Shown here: positions 1 to 11,349 of the stretch, in pieces
Numbering within the stretch: the first letter of the stretch is position 1
Layout: each line of letters opens with the position of its first letter
From: Amoebophrya sp. A120
Lineage: Eukaryota > Protista > Dinoflagellata
Assembly (NCBI GenBank): GCA_905178155.1
Contig: CAJINV010000001.1
Span: 8,569,642-8,633,641 of the forward strand
Direction of reading: 5' to 3'
DNA: 64,000 bases
Notes under the pieces: model-generated
The model's database searches: none
Told to the model about the DNA's origin: nothing
The model's input: only the letters and a program-made list of their open reading frames with translations
Made by a program: the position numbers and the translations under genes

Positions 1-405
1 GCGGGGCGTCACGCGCAGGCGCCGCGCATGGCGCGGGGTGTTCTCCTGCTTCCTTCCCCCGTTCACTGGCGCCCGCCCGCTGCCGCGCTTTGCCTTTGCG
101 TTGTCGGGCCTAAGGCCTGCAACCTCGGGCGCGCTTCCAATGCGGGCGGGGTCCTCGCGCTCGCACAACGACGGGAACCACGGGCGCCAAGACGCTCCGC
201 CTTGGTTCTTTCAACAAGAAGTGGCGCAGATGCTTGGCCCCGCCCTGCTTCAGAAACCCTTTCCCTTGCCCATCCTCTGGCGTTTTTCTTTCCCCCCTGT
301 CCACTCGTTCACCCTCCCACTACGCGACATAAGCTGCGGCCTTGTAGATGTTTTTGGAGAAGCTGCAGCTATTTTCCAAGCGAAAAACGAAAATCAAAAC
401 ACCAG

Positions 406-951
406 GCACCTGCTTCTGCAAGGACTGGTGGGACGGAAAGAACTCAAAATACTGCCTCCCGGTCATCGGAGACTTTAAGAACCATGGCGAGGCCACGCGC
501 GATCTTGAGGAGTTTAAGGCCAACAACTGCGGCAAGTTCTACACGGACGAGGAGTGTCTGGAAGAGTATCCGACGATGCAATCCTTAGTAGACAAAGTGC
601 AGGGAGAGATCCAGGTATGATGATTCTTGACAGCTGAATTTGTACGACGCGTAATGCACCACGAGTGCGAGGCTTTGTGGTTGTGTTATCGACGATGATT
701 TTGGTGAAATATTAAAAAAAAAAAAATTGAATTCACAGTGTCTCTCCGGCGGCCCATATCTCCCGGACAACTCATGCAATCTGGGAGACGGCGACGGTAA
801 GTACATAGATTACTGCTTGCGATCCGGCGGCCACAAATCCGAGGACACCTTCTCCGCAAAGGGGCTGTCGCCGGAGGGTAGTGCGTCCGGGAATGCCCTG
901 TCGCTTGGCTTCTGGATTGCGGGAGCGGTGGCGGCGTTGCTGCTCTTGTGA
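406..951 (+). CDS. 3' exons of a small Cys-rich surface protein with a hydrophobic C-terminus (possible GPI anchor); 5' end not resolved
   Basis: Exon ~406-614 (TCFCKDWWDG...VQGEIQ), GT-AG intron 615-738 in phase 0, exon 739-951 (CLSGGPY...SLGFWIAGAVAALLLL*). Confidence 0.55.
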
Positions 952-1816
952 GCTCTTCGTCGCGCATGTTAGTCTGGTTTTTCCTACTAGTCGGAATAGA
1001 TGGGAGGCCAGAAGTCTTACTGTCAGAAGTCTTACTCAAACGTTAGCATATCAATCAACGCTAAAATGCGCTGTAGTACACTAGGAGATTGATCTTAGAA
1101 GGTTGTAGTTGAGATTTCAAACACCAAAGAAGTTTTTTTCAGAGTTGGCCAGGATATCCGTCCTGGTTTCAACGCTAGCTTCTGAGTCTGTGAATTCACT
1201 TCTGCGAACAGTTGTAAAAGTAAAGACAAACGAAAGTCATAGTGCAAGCCAAGGTTAACTTCAAATACTGCTCAGAGTCGTGCTCACCAGGGTTCGGCAG
1301 CAGCGATAAAGAATTGATGAAGCAAGTAACTAGAAAACTCACTCCTGAAAGAAAGGAGAGACGCCGGACGTCCGATGTGCGGCCATGATACGGTGTTATG
1401 TACGTTGACCAGTTCTACTAGTCCACTAATATTTGAGCCCGTGACTCACCGGGGCCACGATCTTCATATTGAATGTTTTTTTAATTCGAAGGTTTTACTT
1501 TTTTGGAAGTGCCTTGCCGAGCTGCCGTGTCGACGCGAATGAAAGTGCGACGAAAATTGATGTGATTAAGATCTTGCACCGCTCCTCGTCTAATTCTGGG
1601 TCTTAGCAGGACAGGTACTTACAAATGCGAATCGCCAGTAGAAGCACGGTCATACTATTTAAACTATTTCGTTCAATGTGTTTAGGAGTCACACAACATA
1701 TCATATCGCTATTCGGATTTGCTTTATGGACATTCCTCTTTCATTGTGATTGTTAGTCTTACTTTCACTCCGCGCCTGAAAAGACTCTTACGTCGTTGTT
1801 TGAACAACGATAAACC

Positions 1817-2800
1817 ATGGCAGCGCTCGAGCTGGACGCCGACACTCTGCCGACCCCGGCGGACTTTTTATGCCCGATTCTTCACGATATCATGGAAGAC
1901 CCAGTGTGCACAGTGGATGGCCAGTCGTACAGTAGAAGTGCGATTGCTGAGTGGTTCCGTATGGGTCACGGCACGTCGCCAGTAACTGGCGCTCAGCTTC
2001 CTTCTTTAGCTTTGACGCCCAACATTGCGCTGCGCAAAGCGATAGCGACGTATTTGGACGAGCGACCGGAAATTGTGCAGAGGAAGCTGGAAGAAGTGGG
2101 GTTGATTGAAGCAGTGAAGTTGTTCGAGGCCGAACAAGCAAGTCGTGAAGAGAAGAACTCGAAGCGTGTGCGGGAGCTCGAAAGCGAAAACTTGGCGCTT
2201 CGTGCGCAACTCAATGCTGTGCGCAACATCGTAAATGGCGGCGGTAGTACTGGTTCTGCGCATCCCGGAGGCTGCTCCGCAAATATTTTTAGTTCGAGAG
2301 GCTGCAATCAAATCACGCACGCGAGCGGGGGCAGAACTGCGGCAAAAAATGAATTTGACTTCGTCGTCCCGAATATTGCACTGTATCGCGCTGGGGACTA
2401 CATGTGGTCGGAGTCTTTCTATTCCGAAGATCCGCCCCACAGGTACAGGCATCGTGCCACGGTCAGTTATTACGAGTATGGGGTACCGAAATCGTACGTG
2501 AAGGTTTTTTCTGAGTGCTTGACTCTTCCGACTAGGAATCCCAAAAAATGCACCGTCATTTTGCTAAAACGAAAACGCGGTAATGAAGTAGAAGGTTCAA
2601 CGAAGGCCGAGTGTGATGGTTATTACGAAAAAAACCGGTATCGTCATTTTTACGGTAAAACTGTTGACATCGAAAGTTGGGAGCGTACTCACGCTGAGTC
2701 ATTCCATTTTTGTCAATTGCATTGGTTTGACTCGTACTTGCCGCCGGAGTGGATCAACAACGAGTTAGAAAAGACTATTCGCATCCGTGTCTCTTTCTGA
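1817..2800 (+). CDS. U-box E3 ubiquitin ligase with coiled coil and possible MATH-like C-terminal domain
   Basis: U-box signature PADFLCPILHDIMEDPVCTVDGQSYSRSAIAEWF...TSPVTG..L...LTPNIALRKAI; coiled coil VRELESENLALRAQL; beta-rich C-terminus starting FDFVVPNI. Confidence 0.85.
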   Translation: MAALELDADTLPTPADFLCPILHDIMEDPVCTVDGQSYSRSAIAEWFRMGHGTSPVTGAQLPSLALTPNIALRKAIATYLDERPEIVQRKLEEVGLIEAVKLFEAEQASREEKNSKRVRELESENLALRAQLNAVRNIVNGGGSTGSAHPGGCSANIFSSRGCNQITHASGGRTAAKNEFDFVVPNIALYRAGDYMWSESFYSEDPPHRYRHRATVSYYEYGVPKSYVKVFSECLTLPTRNPKKCTVILLKRKRGNEVEGSTKAECDGYYEKNRYRHFYGKTVDIESWERTHAESFHFCQLHWFDSYLPPEWINNELEKTIRIRVSF

Positions 2801-3441
2801 TAGATCGGATTTTGAACAAGAGATAATCAACGCGATCGAGGACCCATTCTGATCTGTCTCCTCATTTCCGATTAAGTAGAAACAGATGAGAAGCGATGGA
2901 AAATGCTTGATGAGGATGATGAAAAGCTTTTGTGGAATGGGATTGGCGGAGTATTTTAATGAAAACATCTCCCGTCTACGACGGAATACTTCCGAGTGCC
3001 ACCTAGTTAGGTCTCTGCAACTGCACGACCGGATTCTCACAATCGACACCCCCATAGCAGCATAGATGTTCTATTGAGGTGAGGTCTTACTCCTGTGCGT
3101 CGGTCGCCAAGATTCCTATCTCTACCGAGATGTTGTTCACCATGGCGGCAAGAAATTTACTTCGGTGTCGGTCTCGTTTTAGAATATTTTTTGAGCGAGT
3201 AGTTGTTGCGAGTGTTCAGATACAATTACAAAGTATCGGTAGCGGTAATCTACACCGCCGGTCCATTCTGTGTGAACTTTTTTGTTTTCATGCACAAACA
3301 TCGAACAGACACAGATCCTGACACAGCCCCAGTTGTACCACCAGAATTACTACTCATTTTCACTTTTTTATTTGCAGTCGGAAAAATTGACTTCGTGTAT
3401 CGAAAATCTGCCGACTCGTACTTACGTTTGCGTGTTGCATC

Positions 3442-5520
3442 ATGTCGCCACCAAGCAAAGACTCCAGTCGAAGTAGCACTAAAACTTCCGCCACTATCCC
3501 TCTCATCTTTCTCGATTTGACCGGAACTCCCCACACTATCAATGTCGATCCAACCGTCGCACCTTCCTTTGAAAAGCTTCGGCAGCTAGTGGCCCGGCGC
3601 TGGAAGGTTCCGGACCACCTTGTTGCCATTCAGCATTTGAATTACGACACTGCGGCTGTGCGGGAAGATTACCATGTCTTGACGCCATCGAAAGATCCAA
3701 AGCAGGACGAGCTGAAGAGGAAAAAAGGCGACGCCCGGATCGACTTCGATGCGATTCGAAGTGCGGCTTATCCCGAAAGCAATGGGCATTTCCGAGTCAT
3801 CGTCAAGCAAGTAGATCCCTTTTATCCGGTGAAATTGTACGACAGCGACGACGAGGAGAGCGCATATGTCGTCCCTCCCAAAGCGAAGCCCTTGACCGAA
3901 ACAGATATCGGCGAGAGTCCGCAGCGGGGCAGTGGCGACCACGAACTGGCATGGCTCTTGTCGAACAGTTTTGTCCGCGGGAAGGAGTTTCTCCACCTGT
4001 ACCCAAACTGGGCAGAGAGTCTCACGTTCCTCTGCTACTTGCTCAGAAACCCGCGGAACAAGCCGGAAATCGCGAAAACCCGGCTAGCCGCTGCGCTCGT
4101 TGATTCCGCGCCGAACAAGTCGAATCTGTTCGACTCGTCACTGCTGAGTACTCCTGGGAATTTGAACAATGCCAATTCAGCAGTCGTTGTCTCCACTGCA
4201 GGAGGCCCGGCGGCGCAGCAACCTCGGCGTGCCTCCGGGTCGCTTCTCGGGGTTGAGAAGCGGTTGAGTGCGAAGTTTGGTAATGACCCGGCGGAAGCGA
4301 CAATATCCGACACGTCGATTTTTCTCCGCATGTACGAGATCTACGCACCGACGGTGCTCGTGGCCGTGCTCAGCAACCCGCTGTTCCGGCAGTACAACTG
4401 GAACGTGAGGGCTTTGGGGTCCCGGGAGCCGAGCAAGCAGTTGCTGGTCCGGTCGTTTGGCGTGGCAGAGAGCGGGAAGACCAGGTACGGCAAGCACGTC
4501 AGTCAGGAGGAGCGGGGGGACATTTTACTCACTCTCGTGAAGAACTGCGCGATGAAGAGCCCCGCTACCGTTCTCAACTATTGCGCGTTGCCCAGCGAAA
4601 AGTTTCTCGCGTACAAAAACCCGCACGACCCGAACAGCCGCACCCGGGAGCTGGCGATCCCGCGGAGCACGCTGGCGCCCTTGTTTGAGTTGAAGTTCCT
4701 TTGGCCGGTGGTCCACCTGCTATTAACAAAGCGCGAGGATTGCGTCCAAGTGCGGACGCTGTTCGCCCCGGATTTGTTCGCGGGCTGGTCCCCGTTCTGC
4801 GCCTGTCTGTGTCGAGGAGATAGTCAGCTGAGGCTGCGGATGATGGCCTTTCTGAAGAAGCACGGGCCCCTGCAGCTGCGGAGCACCACAGCGAATTTCT
4901 GGGCCAAGGTGGAGGCGTTCGCAAAAGACCTCTTCGACCAGGTGCAACAGGAGCTCCGAGAAAGGGCGGACGTCACGAAGGAGATTCCGCTCGACATGCC
5001 GGATTTCGCGCTGGAAAAGACAGATGGTGGTGGTGGTGCCATCAATTTGTCGCGAGAAGTTTCCTCCGAGGTGTCGACCACGCGCCCGGCGTCGCCAGGG
5101 GAGCAGGAAGTGACCGAGGGCGGCGTCGAGAACAATAGTACTGCAAAAGGAATAATCGGCGAGGAAACCGAAGCAGTAGAGAAGAATGAAGAACAGGCTG
5201 TAGTAGAGCTGCAAGGAGCTGCTGAAAATGAATGTCTTTCCGATGAAGACGAGCCAGAGGAAGTGCAGCAAAATCGGCTGACCGGAAAATGGTGGTCGAG
5301 CCGGCGCATGCCAGCGTTGGATTTTGGGGCCTGCGACCGCGGGTCCTATGTGCGAGATAAGGAAGGCTACAATTTGGAGATGTCCCGCGATGAGGGCGTG
5401 TGGCAGATTGTCAGCTTCCGGCTGTGGATTTCTCTCGCGTACTTGTGGCAGCCAAAGCCGGAAAAAAGACCAATCACATTCAGGTCCCTCTTAGCGATGG
5501 AGGTTTCGGACTCGGATTGA
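3442..5520 (+). CDS. Hypothetical protein (692 aa), possible N-terminal ubiquitin-like fold
   Basis: Long intronless ORF with GC3-rich codons; N-terminal LIFLDLTGTPHTINVDP...KLRQLVARRWKVP loosely resembles a UBL domain. Confidence 0.7.
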   Translation: MSPPSKDSSRSSTKTSATIPLIFLDLTGTPHTINVDPTVAPSFEKLRQLVARRWKVPDHLVAIQHLNYDTAAVREDYHVLTPSKDPKQDELKRKKGDARIDFDAIRSAAYPESNGHFRVIVKQVDPFYPVKLYDSDDEESAYVVPPKAKPLTETDIGESPQRGSGDHELAWLLSNSFVRGKEFLHLYPNWAESLTFLCYLLRNPRNKPEIAKTRLAAALVDSAPNKSNLFDSSLLSTPGNLNNANSAVVVSTAGGPAAQQPRRASGSLLGVEKRLSAKFGNDPAEATISDTSIFLRMYEIYAPTVLVAVLSNPLFRQYNWNVRALGSREPSKQLLVRSFGVAESGKTRYGKHVSQEERGDILLTLVKNCAMKSPATVLNYCALPSEKFLAYKNPHDPNSRTRELAIPRSTLAPLFELKFLWPVVHLLLTKREDCVQVRTLFAPDLFAGWSPFCACLCRGDSQLRLRMMAFLKKHGPLQLRSTTANFWAKVEAFAKDLFDQVQQELRERADVTKEIPLDMPDFALEKTDGGGGAINLSREVSSEVSTTRPASPGEQEVTEGGVENNSTAKGIIGEETEAVEKNEEQAVVELQGAAENECLSDEDEPEEVQQNRLTGKWWSSRRMPALDFGACDRGSYVRDKEGYNLEMSRDEGVWQIVSFRLWISLAYLWQPKPEKRPITFRSLLAMEVSDSD

Positions 5521-6849
5521 GCAGTAGATTGAATTGGTCGTTTTTTCTATGAGCGTTTGTAATGTAAGTATACGGTTTGATATCCGCATTCCGCAGTCGC
5601 AATCCCCATTCTCACTATACATTTAGAATTATAATTCCAAAATGTCTGGGCCGACGAGACGTGTAGTCCGCGGCCCAAGTTATGTGTAAAGAAAAAGCTA
5701 CCCAGAAAAACACTGTATCTGCTCCCATGCAGCGAGAGTACAAAAGCAACAAGATCCTACCACCAAGACCGCGTATTATACCCGTTCCACGGTCAAGAAT
5801 ATTTCAGTTTGCGACAAAAGAAATATATTGCCTTTTGACACCGCGTTACTGACATGTTCCGTTCAGCTTGCACACATCGAAATCAGTTCCTGTTCGCTTC
5901 TGAATCCAGGAGGAAATAAAACTGTTTCTGTACGGCAAGCGCGGCAGTTCGAAAGTCGTCGTGGTTTGTTTTGCTTTTTTTCATGTGCACTCTCAACCTT
6001 TGTGGAAATTTTTCATTCCACCGAGGCGGGACCCTTACGGGCGAATTCGCCTCTACCCAGCGAGGGAGCATTGTGACTATTAGTCTGCAAAAAGAGTAAG
6101 GTATTTTTTTTTCTAAGCCAACTTCTGACAAAGACTGACTCTGACAAACGTAAAACATCTGCTATATGGCCGGCGTGGGAGTTAGGGGTGCCTGACTTTT
6201 GCGCTGAGCCCGCCGAGCGTGACGACGTCGCTGGAGCACCCTTAAGGTTCAAGCACGCCAACCCCTTCGGCTCCGACAGCTCTTTTGTATATTACGTTTC
6301 CGCTGCTCCGTCAGTGTGCTACGTACTCAGAAAAAAGTGCGTGTCCATGCCGTGCTGGTTCGTAAGTTACGTAGATCGACATGACAAGGCTCGTCCGCGG
6401 AGTCTTGCTTGAGTTGTTAACTTCCTTCTCGCCTACCTGCCTTGCCTTCTGGCACCGAACTGGAAACCGTTTGGACGCTGAGACCGCGCACTACGATGGT
6501 GCACGGTGGAAGTGCATCACTTGCCCAAGCTTCCGCGTTTCTCCGGTTGGAGAAAGATTTTCGGAGTTCCAGTAGAGCACGGAACTGCCGTACGAGATGC
6601 GAAGCGCTCCGGATGAGAAAATGAAGAACACGACGCGACCACGCTGTGGCATTCGCGCACACTATCTCATCTGCTCTTCGTGGATGCCTGAGCTTTTTTG
6701 TATCGCGTTGATTCTAGAAGTAGATACGACAGGCCTTCTTGTTGCGCCACCTAGGTACAAGTAATAGTCGTTAGCCCGAGTCGGAGCCATTATCAAAAGA
6801 AATTATCTTTTCTGCAACGAAGACGAGCTCTCTGATTGCGCATTAACCT

Positions 6850-9800
6850 TATCACAGGTACTGACTGTCTTTTTCATCTAACGAAGAAGAACCGGCTCTC
6901 CTATTCCTGGTATTGAGATTACCTTGTTCTTCTCCCTTGTTTTTGTATTATGATTCTGCCACTACTGATTTGTTAACGTTCAAGGACACTGAAAAAAGGC
7001 AGACCAGCTCTTCCGCAGGAATCTTATCAGTAGAAGCGCCGTCATGTTGGTACGTGCATGCTGTGAATGTAACTAATCTGCTGAAGTTCGCCTTTTCTCT
7101 CGGAAATTCAAATTTGAACAAGTGCAGCTACACGAGCGACCAGAGCGCGCTGGACTCGTACCACTGCGAGCTGGAAACCTGGACTCCGCGCATCCGGCCG
7201 CACACGAGTGACCTCTTTTTGCTTACGATCGGAAGATGCCGCGTCGCGCGCTACGTGCCCACTTTCCTGTCCTACCTCCTGCCGTCGCAGTACGAAGCCG
7301 CTGCGCAGTTGCTGTGGCATGGCGGCGCTTCCTTTGATACTCGGGATGACGCACAGACTCTACACCTAACAAAGTGGAGGGACGACTACACCGCCACGAG
7401 CGAAAGCGCTAACCGGAGGTGCGCGAGGTACGGGAGAGAGTTCTGAGCTACGTTTCTGCTGCTGGTCTGCACGAGAATCGGAGAAAGTCAAAAGGAAAAG
7501 CACGGGCTTGTAAGACTACTTTCATCGCCTCCCATGCCTACGCAGTAACGGAGTCTGCTTATCACGACACTAATGACAGGTGGCACAACGGCAGTGGCAG
7601 GGCCAGGAGCTACGACGTTTGTTTTGTCACCACTGTACCATACACGTGGAGGGCCGACGCGTTTAAAGTGCCCGGCTACAAGATTGGAAGGGACACAGGT
7701 GGACAGACGCGGTCGCGCATCACCATTTCCCTACGTTGTATAGCTGTCTACGTGCTCTAATCATTGATGCTTGGATTTATTCTCTATCTCGATCGCTATC
7801 TTGATAAACAGTTCGAGGCCGTCCTTGTCGTGTTCGTTTTACAAGTAAAGGACAAAGCTAAATTTGGTAGCCAGCCGGCTCTACGTCTTACAACTGACAC
7901 CAAAACAGAAAAAAGCCCGAGCTGTTTTTTTCGTGTTGATTTCGGTACAGGTACGGACTACAGCCTGGATCATTCAGCGAAGCACGGCCCTCCCTGGTAT
8001 TGCTCTTCTAGCCTGCACTACGCGGAGATCGGGAGCGCGGACTTTTTCCATGCGTCGCTCAAGAACATTGGAGCAGCGAGCTCTTTCGCAGGAGTCCAAT
8101 CTGTGGACGGTATTCGGTCACATTATCTTGGCTACTATTGGTGGACGCGTGACCATTTTTCTATCTGAGTTGTTCTAGGTGCAGCAAAAGCAAATCTCTG
8201 TGAAGCCTCGTGGTGCTACCTCCGAGGGACAACGAAGAGCCCATGTCATCTTATCAAACAAAGTGGGTCATCGTCATCGCTTTTGCAACTGCTTACGCAA
8301 TAACCTCATCGCAGTCACTGGCCGTCTTTTTCATCCGGTCACGAAGAACCGGCTTTCCTATCCGTGGTATCGAAATTGTTTTGGCCGCCTTGCTCTCCCA
8401 GCGAAGACCTGGCATTATGATGCTCTAACGACTTTGTCAAAGGACACTGAAACAAGAGCAGCCGCCAGCCCTTCCGCATGAGGCAAATCAATAGTGTAGA
8501 AGCGCCGATATGGTGTGGTGTGCAAGCTGTGAATGCAATGAAGTAAATCGCTAAAGTTCGCCTTTTCTCTTGGAAATCGGAATAGGTGCAGCTGCATGAG
8601 CGACCAGGAGGCGCTGGAATCATACCACTGCGAGCTGGAAGCCTGGACATCGCGCACCCGGCGCCACACGAATGCCCTCTTCTTTATCACGGTCGGGGGT
8701 GGACGCCGCTTCGCGCACTACAACGTTTCTAGATTCCTGCCCTACCTCGTCCCGCCGTGGCAGTACGAAACCGCTGCGCTGTTGAATTGTCACGCCGGCG
8801 CCGCCTTTCGTACTGGACAGGACATGATGCAGACGCCGACGCTGACAAAGTGGATGGACAGCACCACTGTGAGCGAGAGCGCTAGTAGGATTTTTGCGAG
8901 GTACAGAGGAAGTTTCTTAGTGACGTTTCTCCTGATGAGCTTTCCGGGAACTGGACATGAAAATCAGAAAGAAAAGCGCGATCTGGTAGAGGTGATGTGC
9001 CTGCTGGGGAAGAAGTAGTGTAGGACTCCCCTCACAATATTACTCACAGGCTGGAGCCAAAGGATGGCAAGAGCAGCGACGTTTTCTATGTCGACGGAGA
9101 GCGTGTTTATGTACCGCTACCAGTGCCAGACACACGGCAGAGAAAAAGCGTCGATGCGCTCTCTCACGAGCTACGCAAAAATGCCACGGACCAAAACAAG
9201 CGGACACGTTTTCCAGTTGGTGTTTGGTCACACGGAGTTAAGCACCCAAGTACTAATTCTACCTACTACGTCTACGGAGTTTGACCGTCTTCCGGTGCAT
9301 GTGCATTCTTTCATCTGGCGACGAGTCAAAAATGTTGAAGAAAGTAAAACCGCAACTCCCTTTGCAATTTGATTTGAGTTTGACCCTTCGCTATTACAGG
9401 GGCCGATCGGCTATTTCACCAAACGACTAGGGCTGGCCACCTTCTCTGGATATGGTCCGCCACGTTTCCGCACCGCTTGCGTTTCGAGTGCCATCCCGTA
9501 GACGACCTACTGGCGAACGTGCTGGACAGCTGTCGCTTCGGCTTCTCAAAGCACCTGGCCGGCCACTGTCGGGAGGAGTTCAGCAAAGATTGGCAGCACT
9601 GCAGCTGGGGCATTATTTGTGAAACAAAAATTTGGACTAGAGGCCTTGCGAAGCCGGCGCATGTCTATAGTCGCTGCATTTTGCACCTCGCGGAGATTAC
9701 ACCACCAGAAGACCCGGCTTTTTTTGGTTCTGGGACCGAAGAAAATAACGGCTCCGCCACGGTGTGCATGGTACTTAGTTTTAGATGCTGACTTAGTTAT

Positions 9801-10065
9801 GAGCTATTCGCGCTCGCGACTACCTTGTGCCCGTAGATAAAAGCAAGATAGTGCCCATTTCAGAAGTCATTTGATTTTCAGGATGAGAGCCTCAACTTTT
9901 GCCCTACCTGCCCACAAAAATCTACAGCAAGTGGGCCTCACTAACGACAAAGCGACAGCTTGCGAAAGAGTGTGGATCGTGCTTGCTGCTGTGGTTTTCC
10001 TCCTCGCTGTGGTGCTCGGCGGACGCCGCAACCAAAAAAGACTAGACTGTCGGAGCCGGCCTCGT
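6850..10065 (+). pseudogene. Degenerate, tandemly duplicated paralog of the 3' exons of the kringle-domain membrane protein gene at 28.3-35.7 kb
   Basis: 7120-7430 (SYTSDQ..YHCE..HTSDLFLLTIG..LSYLLPSQYE..TLHLTKWRDDY..SESANRRCARY) and 8585-8905 match 32386-32673 (CYTNDQ..DYCE..HKSDPFFLMVG..LSYLAPSQYE..TLNLTLWKDNYASENLNRSCARY); 9480-9770 (FECHPVDD..RFGFSKHLAGHCREE) matches 33260-33540 (FESDPVDL..RFGLSEHLTGQCREE); TM-like segment near 9970-10020; in-frame stops and frame breaks present. Confidence 0.7.
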
Positions 10066-10105
10066 CATTGCATTGCATTGCATTGCATTGCATTGCATTG
10101 CACTG
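10066..10105. repeat. (CATTG)7 microsatellite plus one variant unit (CACTG)
   Basis: Read directly from the sequence. Confidence 0.95.
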
Positions 10106-10213
10106 CGCGCTAGCCTTTGGCTTGGCTTGCAGCAAGTAGGCGGCCTGCATGACGATAACCGCTGGCGATTCGAGAGTGGACTCAGTTCGGGCGGGGATAC
10201 GTCGAGGAGGAGG

Positions 10214-11344
10214 ATGAGCGAAACGCTGTCGCAGAAAGTTTCGGGCTCCGCCAGCGCGCATGACGAGTCTACGCCTTTGACTTCGATGGCGCAATCTGCA
10301 ATATCTTGGCTCATTGATAACAGCGGATCAACAGAAAAAGAAAACCAAAACCTGGACGACAAGGAGCAAAGGCGGACTACAGAGAGCGCGCCGCCCTCGT
10401 CTGCGACAACTCACCAGACGCGGAAGGAGGAGGGACAGGCAAATGAGCGAGGATCTGACGCCAAAATGAGCAATGACCCGGACCGGCATCCACCAGAACA
10501 AAATACGAGACCGGCCGCGCCGGTTGAGCGGTATCAAGCGGAACAGCTCGCGCGAGGGATACCCGCGGACAAAGCAGCTCTCCCGAATGTCGGAGCGCCT
10601 CCAGGCGGGCAATACGATGCTGACGGCACGCTTTCCCTTTCTGCACTACCTGACGCATCAACACCAAAAAAAGAACAAGGCGCAAGTGGAGGAACGTCCT
10701 TCACTGAGCAAGTTTTCTCGTTCACGCACCCTAGCGCTGAAAAACGAAAAGGGGATGAAGTTGAGACCACGCGCACGCCGCATGATTTTTTTCTGAATCT
10801 CCAGCAGCTATTTCCAGACCCGTGCCTCTTTCAACTTGACACTCCCCTCGGCGCGAGTGTTGCGATAAGCGACATAGAGAAATGCGATAGAGTAGAAGTT
10901 CTCTTCGAAGCACTGAAGCGGTATAGCGTCTACCCAGAAGTGGCGTCTCCGGCAGACGAATTTTTCCGTTTTTATCAACGAGCGCGCTGGGTGGACGCAT
11001 TCGAGCGGCTGGGTTTTCTAGATACTTCTCAATCGGTGGGGACGCCGACGTTGCCAGCGGCGAGTTTTGTAGAGTCTTCTACTACACCTGCTTCTTCCGC
11101 TACTGAAACTACGGATGATGGAGACTCGGAAGTCCTTCAAGGCAATCGACTATTTGCCAAGGATCGCGCCTGCCGGCTCGTGCAGTTCGCGCCAGGGGGT
11201 GTCAAAAAAGAAGATGATAAGGAGCTCCTCCCTCTGATACACAGAATCGAAGACCTCCTACTCTGTGCCGATTTTGCCGTCAATGAAGAATTACGCTTCA
11301 AAGATTTTGGTATACATTTTTTGCCTAGTTTAGTTTTTCCCTAG
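10214..11344 (+). CDS. Hypothetical protein with low-complexity N-terminus
   Basis: Open frame 10073-11344; plausible ATG near 10214 (MSETLSQK); no recognisable domain; may continue or splice further. Confidence 0.5.
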   Translation: MSETLSQKVSGSASAHDESTPLTSMAQSAISWLIDNSGSTEKENQNLDDKEQRRTTESAPPSSATTHQTRKEEGQANERGSDAKMSNDPDRHPPEQNTRPAAPVERYQAEQLARGIPADKAALPNVGAPPGGQYDADGTLSLSALPDASTPKKEQGASGGTSFTEQVFSFTHPSAEKRKGDEVETTRTPHDFFLNLQQLFPDPCLFQLDTPLGASVAISDIEKCDRVEVLFEALKRYSVYPEVASPADEFFRFYQRARWVDAFERLGFLDTSQSVGTPTLPAASFVESSTTPASSATETTDDGDSEVLQGNRLFAKDRACRLVQFAPGGVKKEDDKELLPLIHRIEDLLLCADFAVNEELRFKDFGIHFLPSLVFP

Positions 11345-11349
11345 TCCAG

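Noticed and set aside
5639-5650. AAAATGTCTGGG, matching part of the family A TIR
   Set aside because: Only 12 bp, with no TATC start, partner TIR or TSD
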